Positions 51,501 to 64,000 of a stretch of DNA of 64,000 bases are shown here, one piece after another. Each line of letters begins with the position of its first letter. Within the stretch, counting starts at the first letter, position 1. The stretch lies in the NCBI RefSeq assembly GCF_009914755.1, contig NC_060929.1. One strand, given 5' to 3'. The position numbers and the translations under genes are program-made. The stretch comes from the human T2T-CHM13v2.0 reference genome, Homo sapiens. Below the pieces are notes generated by a model. It was given only the letters and a program-made list of their open reading frames with translations, had not been told where the DNA came from and did no database searches.

Positions 51501-52460
51501 AAGCTTCTGCACAGGAAAATAAATAATCACCAGAGCAACAGACAACTGACAGAGTTGGAGAAAATATTCACAAACTATTCATTGGACAAAGGACTAGTAT
51601 ACAGAATATACAAAGAACTCAAACAAATCAGTAAGCAAAAAGCAAATAATACCATCACAAAGTGGGCAAAGGACATGGAAGACATTTCTCAAAAGACATA
51701 CAAACAGCCAACAAACAAATAAAAAATGCTCAAAATCGCTAATCAATAGGGAATGCAAATTTAAACGACAATTAGATACCATCTTACTTTCCCAAGAATG
51801 GCCATAATTAAAAAGTCAAGAAACAAGAGATGTTGGTATGGATGTGGTGAAAACGGCACACTGTAAAAATGTAATCTGCTGGTAAGAATGTAAGTTAGTA
51901 CAACCTCTATGGAAAACAGTATGGAAATTCCTCAAAGAACTAAAACTAGATCTACCATTCATTCCAGCAATCCCACTACTGGGTATCTACCCAAAGGAAA
52001 ATAAGTCATTATATGAAAAAGACACATGGACATGCATGTTTATAGCAACATACTTTGCAGTTACAAGGATATGGATTCAACCCAGTGCTCATCAACAAAT
52101 GAATGAATGAAGAAAATGTGGTATGGAATACTACTCAGTTATAAAAAGAATAAAAAAAACTAACATATTTTGCAGAAACTTGGATGGAGCTAGAGTCTAT
52201 TATACTAAGCGAAGTAACTCAGGAATGGAAAACAAATACTGTGTTCTCATTACAAGTGGAAGCTATGCTATGAGGATACAAAAGGATACAGAGTGATGTA
52301 ATGGACTTCCGGAACTTGCTGTGGGGATTGGCAGTGTACATATTGGATACAGTGTACACTGCTCATTTGACACGTACAGTTAAACCTCAGAATTCATCAC
52401 TGAAGAACTCATCCATGTTTAACCAAAAAACACCTGTACCCTAAAAACTACAGAAATAAG
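48588..52460 (+). mobile_element. L1PB-like LINE, 5'-truncated at the ORF2 start, decayed ORF2 plus 3'UTR (~3.9 kb)
   Basis: ORF fragments translate to L1 ORF2 (FFSSAHGTFSKIDH; YYEHLYMHKLENLEEMDKFL; [28 protein letters not shown]) broken by stops and frameshifts; L1PB-type 3' end CAGTGTACACTGCTC..GAACTCATCCATG..CACCTGTACCC. Confidence 0.95.
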
Positions 52461-53150
52461 AACCCAATCATTTTCTACGAGTTTCCACTTTAACCATTCT
52501 CATGTGAGCCAGCATTATCTCTAGCGTGAGGTATTTCAATATTCTTATAACAGGTCTCCCTACTTCCTTCCTTGGACTTCTGTAGGCTATTCTCTACTCA
52601 TGTATCAAAGAAATACTTTCAAAAAGGTATCTAATTTATAATATTGACACTTGCCCCACATTTTCCGTTGGCTTTCCATCTCATGCAGAAAAATAAAAGT
52701 TAATTACTGTGTAAACTGGTCTCCTGTAACCTCCCTAACTTTGTGACCTTCTCTACCCTCCTACTCACCTAGCTCTAGCCACACTGACCCCCTTGTTGTT
52801 CTGCAATCATGCTTGAAAGGTCCTGTTTTATAGCTTTTACTCTTGTGTTTGAAATGTGCTTTCTCCTGTAGTCACATGATCCCATCCCTCAATTCTTTAA
52901 GGTCACTACACAAAGTAGCCTCATCAGGAGTAGCCTAAACCCCATTTGGTATTTTGTTTTTGTTTTAGTATATAATATGAGTCTCCTCCTACAAATATGC
53001 AGCCAATTAATTGTTTAATGCCTACATTTTTCTAACTAGAATGCAAACTCTATTGGTATAGGGTCTTTTTGGAGAGTTGTTACTATATATATATCTCAAT
53101 TCTAGAACCGAGACATGTGCTTAACAAGTGTTTTCTAATGGGTAAATAAT
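52461..53150 (+). mobile_element. L2 3' portion, right of the L1PB insertion
   Basis: AACAGGTCTCCCTACTTCC..CTCTAGCCACACTGACC..AACTAGAATGCAAACTC. Confidence 0.7.
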
Positions 53151-54919
53151 TGAACTAATTTTCTCAATATTAAATATATGGATGATCCCCTAGTTTCTTG
53201 CATGATACACTTTTTGAAGAAAAAGATATATGAAATTAATTTATCCAAAAGTAAAATAAAAGCAAAGCATTTTTCAATACCAAGAACTTAAATGCTTTTG
53301 GAATTCATCAAATATATCGCTTTTTAGACATTGGCATGAAAGTTATATTTTAGGTATGCATTTATATCACTGATTTTTATTTTTCAACAAATACAATATT
53401 CAGAACAAGGTTAAAATGCCACTACTTTTCATGGATACTGTTCTATTTTAATATTTTCAAGTACAGCACTTTTTTCAAATATCAGCTTTTATTTTCTTTT
53501 CTATTATTTTACTAAATAAGAGAGAAAAGAAAAGAAAAATTCAAGTACATATTGAATACATTTCAATGCATTCACACAAAGACAAAGATGTTGATGCTAC
53601 TGGAGCAGAATTCTTCCTCATGAGCAATCTCATCATGTAATCACTTTTAATTTTCATCAGTAGATGCAGAAAAGACCAAATTTGGTTTCTAAAGGACAGA
53701 ACTTTACTACCAGGGTGTGAGAATGTGGGCTGTATACAAGTTGAAGGTAACGTTCGTATAAAACTGGGGCAATACAGCTGACTGAGGTACCTCTAAGATC
53801 TAAGTCAATAAAATAAGAATGTCGTTAAGAGTACATAACAATAATTGATGTTCCTCTACCCCTAGATACTGAGTCACTGTATTCACAATAGACCAAAATT
53901 TAGAGTTTTTAGTAAAAAACGTACATGCTCCTGCTATATGATGCCTGATACTTTAAGAAACACAACATGTATGAGAAAAAAAAATATGATAAAGCATATA
54001 TTTTGGGTTTCTGATTGTCTTAGTGCATTATTTATATTCCATTTTCATTGGTGCTTCAAGCTTATTGACATAATTCAAAGATTTACTTTTGCTTCATCAT
54101 TGAGCAGAAACTACATTCAAAGATATCCACTTCCTCAGCTTTACCTCCTTAATCTTCTGAAATGAGGAGCATGAATAATCTTTTGCCTTTATACTTATTT
54201 TTGGAGGGTGTAGATAATAGGAATTTGTCTAGCACTGACTTTTTTAACCTTAGGCTACCCGGTACCAACTTCTAACTATTCCTTCCATTAGTGTGTCGGT
54301 TTCTTTCCATCTCATGGAAAAGACCCAGATGAGGGCTGCAGAGGATGTGTTTTCTTTGAAGCTGAAACACCTACAGCAGTTAAAATATGGGAAAAATATT
54401 GTCTTGGCAGGACTAAAGTACTATTTCAAGTTCAATGTTAAATAAAGGTTCTCTGTAGCTGGAAGTTTTAATATAATTAGCTGTAGCTCAACTTATGTTA
54501 TATTATAATAAGAATGTTATTTTTCAAGACAGAAAAAATCAATCAGAGTCATTCCTCTGGAGACCACATACGAAATGTTAATATTTCACCAGCTATGTTG
54601 TATACATCTCTCTTTTTTTTAGTATTCTTCCATATAAAAGTAAAACCTTACCAAACAAGCTCATATATTTTAGAAATAAATAACTGACCTCAGAATATTC
54701 CATAGGATGGAATTTTTATTTTTTATTAGTTTAAGTACAATACAACTTAAATCCACCAGTAAACCAATTTATTTGCTGATCAATATTTAATATTTATGTT
54801 TTTTAAAATTTGCATACTTCATTTGATGTTTTATTAAACTATTCTATACCAAATGACTTGAAAAATATAAAAATCTCTTAGTAACAATATACCATGTGTA
54901 TTTTTGTTAATTTTTGTTT

Positions 54920-55040
54920 TGTTTTGTTTTCTCTGAATAGAGGCAGGATCTTGCTATGTTGCCCAGACTGATCTTGAACTCCTGGCCTCAAGCAATTCTC
55001 CTGCCTTGGCCTCTCAAAGTGTTAGCCACCATGCCCAACT
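54920..55040 (-). mobile_element. FLAM_C/AluJ left monomer
   Basis: TCTTGCTATGTTGCCCAGACTGATCTTGAACTCCTGGCCTCAAGCAATTCTCCTGCCTTGGCCTC. Confidence 0.88.
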
Positions 55041-55504
55041 GAACTTTTTTTTCATATGACTTCAGTAACAATGTAATCATAAGAGCCATTGGAATGTTTA
55101 CTTACTTGACAATAATTAACACAATCAAAGCAAGATCAATAAGATCAAAACAACACAAAACAAGGACAAAGATATGAAGTCGTAAATATCAGTAATTTAA
55201 AGCGATTAGTGAAGACTTTTATTTGTAAACCAATAGCACAACTCTACTTAAATGAGTGTATGAAAAGAAAGCTTATTTCTCTGTTTAATTAAGAAATCCA
55301 AGCCTAGCTGGGCTGTACTTCATCTTTAGGCAAGTTATTATCACCTACTACAGGAAGTTGGCTGTAGCCCACTTTTTATGTCCTATTTTTATCTTATTTA
55401 TATCCTATTTTCCAGCAATCCATGTGGAAAATATATTTTGCTTTACCAAAAGTTTCAGTGCAATAGTGAGTCTGATAACAGGTGGCCCAAACTAGATCAT
55501 GCAC

Positions 55505-55858
55505 TGTATTATTTTGTTTTCATGCTGCTAGTAAAGACATACCCGAGACTGGGCAATTTATGAAAGAAAGAGGTTTATTGGACTTACAGTTCCACGTGGC
55601 TTGTGAGGTATCACAATCACAGCAGAAGGCAAGGAGGAGCAAGTCATGTCTGACACGGATGGCAGCAGGCAAAGAGAGAACTTGTGCAGGGAAACTCACC
55701 CTTATAAAGCCATCAGATCTCATGAGACTTATTCATTATCACAAGAACAGCACGGGGAAGACATGCCACTATGATTGAATTACCTCTTACTGGGTCCCTC
55801 CAACAACATGTGAGAATTCAAATTGAGATTTTGGTGGGGACAAAGCCAAATTATATCA
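55505..55858 (-). mobile_element. THE1B-like solo LTR, inserted in an older MLT1-like relic
   Basis: TGTATTA..AAAGACATACCCGAGACTGGG..GAAGGCAAGGAGGAGCAAGTCA..GGTGGGGACAAAGCCAAATTATATCA; perfect 5-bp TSD TGCAC at 55500-04 and 55859-63. Confidence 0.95.
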
Positions 55859-56401
55859 TGCACCTATTCATGAATCAGGGCAACAAGGATAAGCCATTGG
55901 CCCAGATCTGGCTCTTTATCCCAAACTTGGAGGTGAAGTTGGAGTCAATGTCATTTCTACAAGCAACATTGGACTCTGAGTGAGGAGGATGGTTCCTCTG
56001 AACTATGATAGGTTTTTTTGTCAAAGGTGAAATGGAAACTGAGTAGGAAGAGAAAAACAGACATCCAGTACTATGAAAATTGTTCTAGCATTCGTCTAAG
56101 CTTAAAGAATACATGATTAATTTACTCTTTGTTTTTAATCAGTTTACAAATCATATGACTTTGACTCCTTCCCACAATCTGTTGCTTGCTATTTGGAACA
56201 TCTGAATGGCAGCTAGCTTTGTACATTAATGTAGGGCATTCTGTAAGAAAGAGGTGAGAGAAAGGGTGAGAGAGATACCCTCCCTTATTATTCTGTTTAC
56301 ATTCTTATCTTGTCTTAATTATAGCGATTTTAAAAATATTTTTTCAAAGCATCATTATTAACCCATAGCAGTGCTACAGTAATATTTCCAAAGCTATTTC
56401 C

Positions 56402-56699
56402 AGCCCAAAGCAGTGGCTCATGTCTGCAATCCAAACCCTTTGGGTGGCCAAGGTGGGAGGACCAATTGAGGCCATTAGTTTGAAACTAGACTGGCCAACA
56501 TAGGGAGACCCTGTCTTTCAAAAAAAAAAATCATATTAAATTACCCAGGTGTGGTGGTCCACATGTAGTCTCAGCTCTTCAGGTGGCTGAGGTGGGAGGA
56601 TCACTTGAGTTCAGGAGTAAAGGTTGTAGTGAGCTACGACCTCACTCATCATTGCTCTCCAGTCTGGGCTACAGAGCAAGACCTGGTCAGAAGAAAAAA
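56402..56699 (+). mobile_element. AluJ, diverged
   Basis: dimeric Alu with J-type GAGGTGGGAGGATCACTTGAG in the right arm. Confidence 0.9.
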
Positions 56700-57269
56700 T
56701 TCTAACACTTCCAGAGCTAGCATGACTGCCTTAAATTTTTTTTTGCCCACTCAGGAAAGAAAATTAGGCTTAATTTGTTTTTAATAAACAAAATCACTAA
56801 TGTAAACTCATCTGTGTATAATTACAAAAACCATTTTACTGCATTATTTTCTTATTATTTACAATACTCTTTTGCTACTTTCTTACCAATGTTGCATTTC
56901 TGTTAACATTGAATCTTCCATAGCAGTCAACCAATAACCTTTGGAGAACATTTTGTACCAAAAAAAAAAATGCTTAGATTTGTTATCATGGAAACTTTCA
57001 TCGTCTTGATCAAGTGTAGTTATAATACTTGGGAAATTAGACTATCAATAAATTCAATTACAGAAAAAAAACTCAATATTTATATTTCATCAAACCTTAT
57101 GAAACTAGACAATGATGCAAATCTATCAATTAAATGGGGTTGTAGAATTACATGTATTAAAAATTGGCCAAGAATTTTGTAAAAGAACACAAATCTCTTA
57201 CTATAGTGATGAAAATCCTTCTTGTCTTATGTGTTGAACATACCATTGAATATTCAAATAAGAGGAAAA

Positions 57270-57420
57270 CTGAAAAGTCATCTAGTTTAAACCCTTTTCT
57301 CTTATAAATGTGTCATTTAAGGTGCATAGAGATTAAATGTCTTGCCCGATGGTGACAGCTACAACCTAACATGAAAATAAAACAAAGACCTCAGCGTCAT
57401 AGACCAGTGGTCTACCAAGT
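57270..57420 (-). mobile_element. MIR fragment
   Basis: TCATCTAGTTTAAACCC..AGAGATTAAATGTCTTGCCCGATGGTGACAGCTA. Confidence 0.55.
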
Positions 57421-58959
57421 ATTTCATGATTTATGGACATGTAATGCCCTAAGCCAATCAACTATAGTGTCTTTTGTTAAATTGTTATTATTTTTAATAC
57501 TGGATCAATATACAATAATATCTAAACTTTATAACACTAAGAGGATAAAGAGATACATGTTGAATGAGTTGAATAAAAGGATCAGGATAATATTATCCTT
57601 TAGGGTTATGTTTACTGTATAAGTCCCGCCATTTGTTATTTAGTATTTTTCATTTTATTATAATTGCAATGAAATGATAAGTACTATTTTCTTTGCTTTG
57701 ACTCTAACAATTCAATGTTAAGTCTACTTTCAATTTCAGAATAGCTTAACACAAACTGTTCATGTCAGTATAAATAACAACAAAAACCGCACACATGCAT
57801 ACAAATTTATTGTCCACAATCTTGCCTGTCCCATGACTCACTGATCAATACAAACATAGTAATTGTGGTTCATATCTATAGAGTTAACACTGCATGGGCA
57901 ATTACAGAGAAAAATATTATAGTCCCTGTCCAGAAAGCTCTATAAAGGTGGATCAGAGAGAAAAGACTTCCATTAAGATACGATTTCAGAAAATTACAGA
58001 GCAGTGTATAATGAAGGAATAAACACAGTAATTCAAACTGCAGTATCATAAGACTTCTCATAAATTTGAGAAAGGTAGGAAAATTAAAAAATTCAGTTTT
58101 ATAACATTTGCTTATCATATCTTAATCATTTTTTTCCAGCCTCCTCCTTCAGCTGTATTTTCTAATCCACATATCATAATACAGTGTATCGCAACTTCAA
58201 AACCACAAGCAAAAGCTCCATATAGAAGGAAGGTCAAATTTCTTGACATAGCATATAAAGGATCACTGTTTGGCCTTTGCTAAACTGCAATAAACTATAC
58301 CCTTTTCCACATTGTATGTGACTGGTATACTGAATGACTTGAAGTTTTTGAATGTGCCAAATTATTTACAGCCTCCAAGGAATGCTCCTGCTTCAACCAT
58401 TCCATATTTTTTACTCCATCTCTAACCTTTTCTTATATACCCTTCCTTCACTTTATCACTTCTGCAATTACAATTTCCAAGAACTCTACTTATTCTACTC
58501 TCTGCATGTTAATAAGATAGGTCCCTTCTGTGTGTCTTTAGTGTATCAATGTATGTTTCTATCATAGTGTCTGTGATACCCTTGAGAAGAAACAAAAAAA
58601 GCAGTCTCTGATATCTGAAAACTAATCTGATGCTTATAACTGTTAATGTTATTGCAAACTGATCTTGTGCTTACAGCTAAACAATTTTATTCTCTTTTTG
58701 GAAATAGAATAGGAAAAACAACAGAAAGAAAAAGAAAATTCAAAGCTGGTTATTTGAAAAGATTAATAAAATTAAATTAACTGGGAAGAAAAGATGATAG
58801 CCTAAGTGGCTTTGGAAATGAGTGGAGTCTGTAATTCTAAATGTAAAATGAACTAAACATAAGCAATATAGTGGACAAAGTTGTTTCCCATGGGGTTATA
58901 GTTTAAAAATTCTAATATTGCTACACATGTATAGTAGAACTGAAAAACTATTAAATGAT

Positions 58960-60590
58960 GTCAAATATTTGGAACCAGGTTTCTCACTGTTACAGTGTGC
59001 ATTAACAACTATGCAATGGGAGATGGCTGAAATGATTCATGTGGTAACACATCAGAGTTGGAGACCTCAATATGAACTAATACTTAATATAGGTACAGAT
59101 GCTTACATATCGCGATAAGTATAAAGATGTATATGTATCTACATAGGTTAACGTACACACTTTTATTTTAGTATCTGACTTTGTTCTGGCTGGTACAACT
59201 AAATATCATAAACTGAGTCACTTTTAAATAACAGAAATTTATTTCTTACTTTTCTGGGTGCTGGGAAATGCAAAGTCAAGGGGCTGACAGATTTGGTGTG
59301 TGGTGAGGGCTTTCTGGCTCATAACTGGCACCTTCTTGCTGTGTCTTCATATGGTGTGATGGGCAAGAAAGCTCTCTGGAGTTCTTTTTATACGGGACTA
59401 ATCCCATTCATGATGGCTCTGTCCTCATGACCTAATCACAACCCCAAGTCCCCACCTTCTAATACTATTACCTTGGTGATGAGGTTTCAACATATACATT
59501 TTGGAGGGATACAAACATTAAGATCATAGCCATGTTTCAGATGAGGGGGCCTAGAAATCATGATATCTAAGAGCAACAAGCAGATTTAGTTCCAGAATAT
59601 TGGTTTTGAACATTATTCTCCAGTAATAGAAACCAAAGCTCCTTGGAGAAAGGGCTGTTTCTACTACTGAGGCAGGAAATATACCAGATGAGCCTAAAGC
59701 ATCTTATAGAACCAGAAGTTAAGAAAATGCTAAAAAAAAAAAAAAAAATTCTTCACAAAATGATGAGAGTCTGCTAAAGGGACAAAGGGGCTAACAAAAA
59801 GAACACACCATAGTCAAACTTAGTCAACTGAAACAAAAAATAATCAAATTTTATTGGATCATAACTATTTATAAAATAAATATTCATGAGTTCATACTGA
59901 TATAAATAAATTATTTAATAAATAGTGAAGGATGGAAGAATGAATGAACTCCCCATACAGAGGAATTCCAAATAATTTAGTTGGCTACTCCATCCTTATG
60001 GGCTGTCAGTTGTTACTATTTTCCATATCAGTAAAGTATGAAAAAAGAGAAAAAAACATGAATAACCACAGTATAAAAATTTGACAAACACTATCTTAGC
60101 CAGGTCACTAAATTTAATATTAACAGTATTAAGTAATACTGATTATATATACCCTTGATATTATATAATAAATATGGCACTTTACCTCCATGGCTTTCCT
60201 TTCAAAAGTAAATTCCCCAGTCTAATAATGAGAAAAACATCAGCCACATCCCTCTTGAGGAACATTCCACAAAATAAATGATCACGACTCCTTAAAATGG
60301 TTAAGGCTATTAGAACAAGGGAAGTTTGAGAACCTGCCACACCAATGTAATGGAGTATCCTGAGGGGGATCCTGGAACATAGAAAGGACAGTAGAGAAAA
60401 CTGAGGAAATCTGAATAAGTTATGTATTTTAGTTAATAGTAATGTATTAACATTTGTTCATTGTAGTAACATTTGTTCAAAAGTGTGTATCATACTACCA
60501 CAAGAAATTTACAAAGGAGAAATTAGGGGTCACACAAGGTCTCTGTATCCTCTTTGCAATGCTTCTATGATTCTAAACTACCATAATAAA
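58960..60590 (+). mobile_element. L1MC3/L1MD-like 3'UTR interrupted by MLT1A0
   Basis: GGGCCTAGAA..ATTCTCCAGTAA..AACCAAAGCTCCTTGGAGAAA..GATGAGCCT..CCCCAGTCTAATAATGAGAAAAACATCAG..GGGATCCTGGAACA. Confidence 0.75.
59172..59531 (-). mobile_element. MLT1A0-like MaLR solo LTR
   Basis: AACAGAAATTTATTTCT..CAGATTTGGTG..GGTGAGGGC..CTAATCCCATTCATGA..CCTCATGACCTAATCAC..GGAGGGATACAAACATT. Confidence 0.88.
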
Positions 60591-60609
60591 TATTTTGCTA
60601 CTGATATGC

Positions 60610-62480
60610 CCACTGAAGGCATTCTTTATTTCTGTCAAAATGATTTTAGTTTCTGGTATTTTCTTTTGGTTCTTTTTTAGAGTTTCTTTCTGTTTACACT
60701 GCCCATCTGTTCTTGTGTGTGGTCTCCTTATCCCATTAGTTCCCTTAACATATTAATCAGAGTCATTTTCAACTCTTGGTATGATTCTTCTGTGTCTGAT
60801 AATTGGATTGTGTCTTTATGTTATGTATTTTCTTGCCTTTTGGCAGGTCTTGTCATTTTTGCTTAAAGCTGAATATGTTGGATCAGGCAATAAGAAATGA
60901 GGTCAAACATCCTTTAGTATGTGTGTGTGTTTAGTATATGTTAATATGGCTAGAAGTTAGCTGTGCTTAATGTTTGTTGTAGCTACAGTTGCCAAAGGCT
61001 TCACTTTGTCCTCGTGTCCCTGTTTTGTTTTGTTTTTTTCCTCCTCTTATGCTTTAGACTTCCTTATTTCTCCTTGGAGAATCTGACATGCAGTTCTTTA
61101 ATCAGTAATTTGTTGTTAACATACTAGAGACTTGATGTGGTGGTAAGCTGTGGAGGAAAGGAATATTCTGTTATCTCATGATTGAAACCTGGTGTTTCAA
61201 TGGGTCTGTGTTTCTGGAATGTGACCTTCTCAAGTGTTTCTTCAAGGTTACAGCATTGTTTATTTTGCTCTCTACTTTCTTTTCAGCATTTCCAGTTCAT
61301 TTCCTTGAAACTCTAACCCTTCTTGACTATGTTGTGTTCCCTTGCTTTATTTATTTTTTATTATTTTTACAGGAAGACTGGATGCAGCTGAATCAAAAGA
61401 AATTTCACTCCCCTCTTTGGGAATTTTTGAGCTGATTTTGTCTGCTTGTTTGTTGAGGATTTTATTTGACAAAGCATTTTTTTTCATTTTTATGGAAGTA
61501 CAATTGACAAAAAAATTGATGTATTTTAAGTGTACTACTTAATGTTTTAACAGACTTATACATTGTGAAATAATCACCATAATTAGGCTAACATATCTAA
61601 CACCTAACGTAGTGTGTGTTCAGAACACTTAATATCTACCTTCTAAGAAAATCTGAATTAGATAATACAGTATTGTTGATTACATTCACATCGCTCTACC
61701 TTAGATATCCAGAATTTACTTATCTTCGTTATTGAAACTCCAGTATTTAACACTCTTTCTGTCTCTTTCTTTTCTCCTCTCCTCTATTATTTCAATGGAA
61801 TATGTTTCATTGCTTGAAATTTTTCCTACAACATCTGAGGCTCTATTTTTCTCAATATTCTTTTCATCTATTCTTCATATTGAATAGCTTCTATCAATGT
61901 AACTTAATATTTATTAATTATTTACTTGGGCATCATTGGTATTCTGAGGAACCCATCTAGTGATGTTTTTATTTTAGTTATTGGAAGTTTAAGCTCTAGA
62001 ATTTACATTATTAATAATTTTCTTTTTTTGTAGGTATTTTGTGTTTATTTAAAAAACAGCATGTTTTTTTCTTAGTTTTTGAACATGCATTTAATAACTT
62101 CGTTAAAGTTTTGGTCAGTTAAATCCAAAACCCAGAAACTCTAAAGATAGATAGTTTCTATTGTTTACCTAATTGTTTTTTGTAGTGTAGGTCACAGGTT
62201 TCTGACTTTTTCTTTCTTTGAATGTCCAATAATTTTCGGTTGAAAACTGGGTAGTTTATATAATAAAATGTAGTGACTCTGATATATTCATCTGAGGATG
62301 TTTTAAATTTTAATTCTATCAATAGTTGAAATTATACTTCCTTGGACTCAAATGTAATCTTCATTTCCTTTATAGTGTGCAACAACTTATATCTAAATTC
62401 TGTTAGTATGGCCTCTACTGTTGCATTTTTAGCTTGGCCACCTGGCGGTTTCCCTAATTCTGTGTAATAAGCTGACTCAA
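60610..62480 (-). mobile_element. Old L1M 5'/ORF1-like fragments with an L1MA 3' fragment at ~61475-61740
   Basis: TTACACTGCCCATCTGTTCTTG..CCTTAACATATTAATCA; ACAATTGACAAA..TACATTGTGAAATAATCACCA..GCTAACATATC; CCCATCTAGTGA..TTTTATTTTAGTTATTG. Confidence 0.55.
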
Positions 62481-62814
62481 ACTTATTTTGAGAGTCTTTT
62501 TTTATGCTCTTTGATGAGAAGTTCAGATTAGGTTGATCTATGAAAAATGAGGTACGCTAAATCAAGATGATGTCTTCTAAAAAAAGATTAATCTTTTTTT
62601 TTCTGCCAGAGTATCACATGTGCTAACACCCTTAGTCTAATTTAGCACTCTTCTACGTTTGCTAGATGTTGCAGGTCCAAAATTGAAAATTCATTATGCT
62701 ACTTGAAACACTGATTCTCATTTTACCTCTAGGTTAATGCTGATCTTTCCTTTTCCTACAGCTTCTAACTCTGTTTATCCCTCAAACACTCGAGCCATCA
62801 TATGCCATCAAGAC

Positions 62815-63107
62815 TGTATGTGTGTGTGTGTATACAGAAACATAAATATTATATATATACTTAAATATTTTATATATACATAAATATATATACATAAATA
62901 TTTTATATATACAGTATATGTGTGTATATATGTATATATTAATATATACATATACTATATATAGCCTGTGTGTGTGTGTATATATATATATACACACACA
63001 TATTGTCTTGATGGCATGACTGTATGTATATATATATATATACACATACACATACACACATATATACATACACACACATATATAATACTTATATATAAGT
63101 GTATACA
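62815..63107. repeat. TA/TG/CA-rich low-complexity tract with an embedded inverted repeat
   Basis: direct reading. Confidence 0.9.
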
Positions 63108-64000
63108 TGAACTTTCAATTTTAATTTTAGAATTAATTCTGTGACAAAAATATGTGGGCGTGTGTTTGTATAAACTACATGAATATATTGCTATTCTATC
63201 TTGCACCAGCTACTTCCAGAATTTCCTGTGGGACAGTGGAAAGAGGAGAGGACACTAGAAACTAAAAATCTTTCTCCATCTGTTCAGCCACTGACACAAA
63301 TTGCTTTCCACATGTACAGCTAACCTGTAAAATTGTTTATATAACTTTACCATATTTCCTTCCTTGAACCTAATTGCATATGCCTTGTTCACTGTTCACT
63401 TTAGGACCCATATCTAGTGTTTTAAACAAGATATATCCTTTTTTTTCTTCATGGTGAGTCTCTATTCTCTATGAATTTTGTTTTATTCTGGCACTTCATG
63501 ATATCTGATAAGAGTTGGACCCTCTCACCACTCCCTACATTTATTCTCTTTATTGTTTTTCTATCCAGACTCTGCTGATCTGAGTTGTTTGGTGAACACA
63601 ACACATATTCCACATTATGGATTTAGTTTCCTTGGAGTATATTTTTTATTTTTTCTTTAATTTTCTTTGTGACAATTTGATAATTTATGAGAGGACAAGA
63701 ATGAAAATCCTGACACTCAGCAATGTTCAAAATTGAATACATTATTAGTCTTAAATATTATTTGGGAGTTTTTTCCTCTTAAATAATTTCACCTCCAAAG
63801 ATTTTTTGATACTATTTCTTACTGGTCTCTCTTCTCTTTTGGTGGTTCTTTGATTTTCACTCTCTCAAATATTTTTTTCAAATATTGCAGAACCCATGAT
63901 TTTATTGTTTCCATGGGACAAACTGAGTAACTTCTCCAAGTTCCAGAGAAAAGTGACTTGGAACAAATTATCTTACTGTTCTTCTATCTGTGTAAGTTTG

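Noticed and set aside
48588-52460. Active L1 or intact ORF2
   Set aside because: No 5'UTR or ORF1, and ORF2 is broken into fragments of at most ~110 aa
53714-53746. Possible 33-nt micro-exon (TACCAG|..AAG|GTAACG)
   Set aside because: Weak polypyrimidine tract and no supporting neighbouring exons; such matches are expected by chance
62782-63206. 108 and 83 aa Y/I/C/V-rich ORFs
   Set aside because: Translations of the TA/TG microsatellite

Overview
AT-rich, CpG-poor primate (probably human) non-coding DNA, either intergenic or deep-intronic. It is dominated by layered transposable-element relics: Alu/FLAM, L1PA/L1PB/L1MA/L1MC/L1ME, L2, MIR, MaLR LTRs (THE1, MST, MLT1), MLT2, ERV1 elements (a MER57 provirus, MER34-like and MER67-like LTRs), DNA transposons (Tigger3a, MER58A, MER20) and microsatellites. 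I see no supportable protein-coding gene, RNA gene, CpG island or CRISPR array; the listed ORFs are decayed L1 ORF2 fragments, Alu or microsatellite read-throughs, or chance ORFs. I found no convincing new biological system. The observations worth following up are structural or regulatory: a 167-bp local duplication whose breakpoint sits on a perfect hairpin, several fold-back/template-switch scars, an apparently older L1ME-like piece inside a younger ERV, a three-level TE nest, atypical L1 insertions, an RFX+CTCF motif cluster and two speculative exon-like unique segments. Subfamily names come from recalled consensus sequences, not a database search, and boundaries of old elements are approximate.
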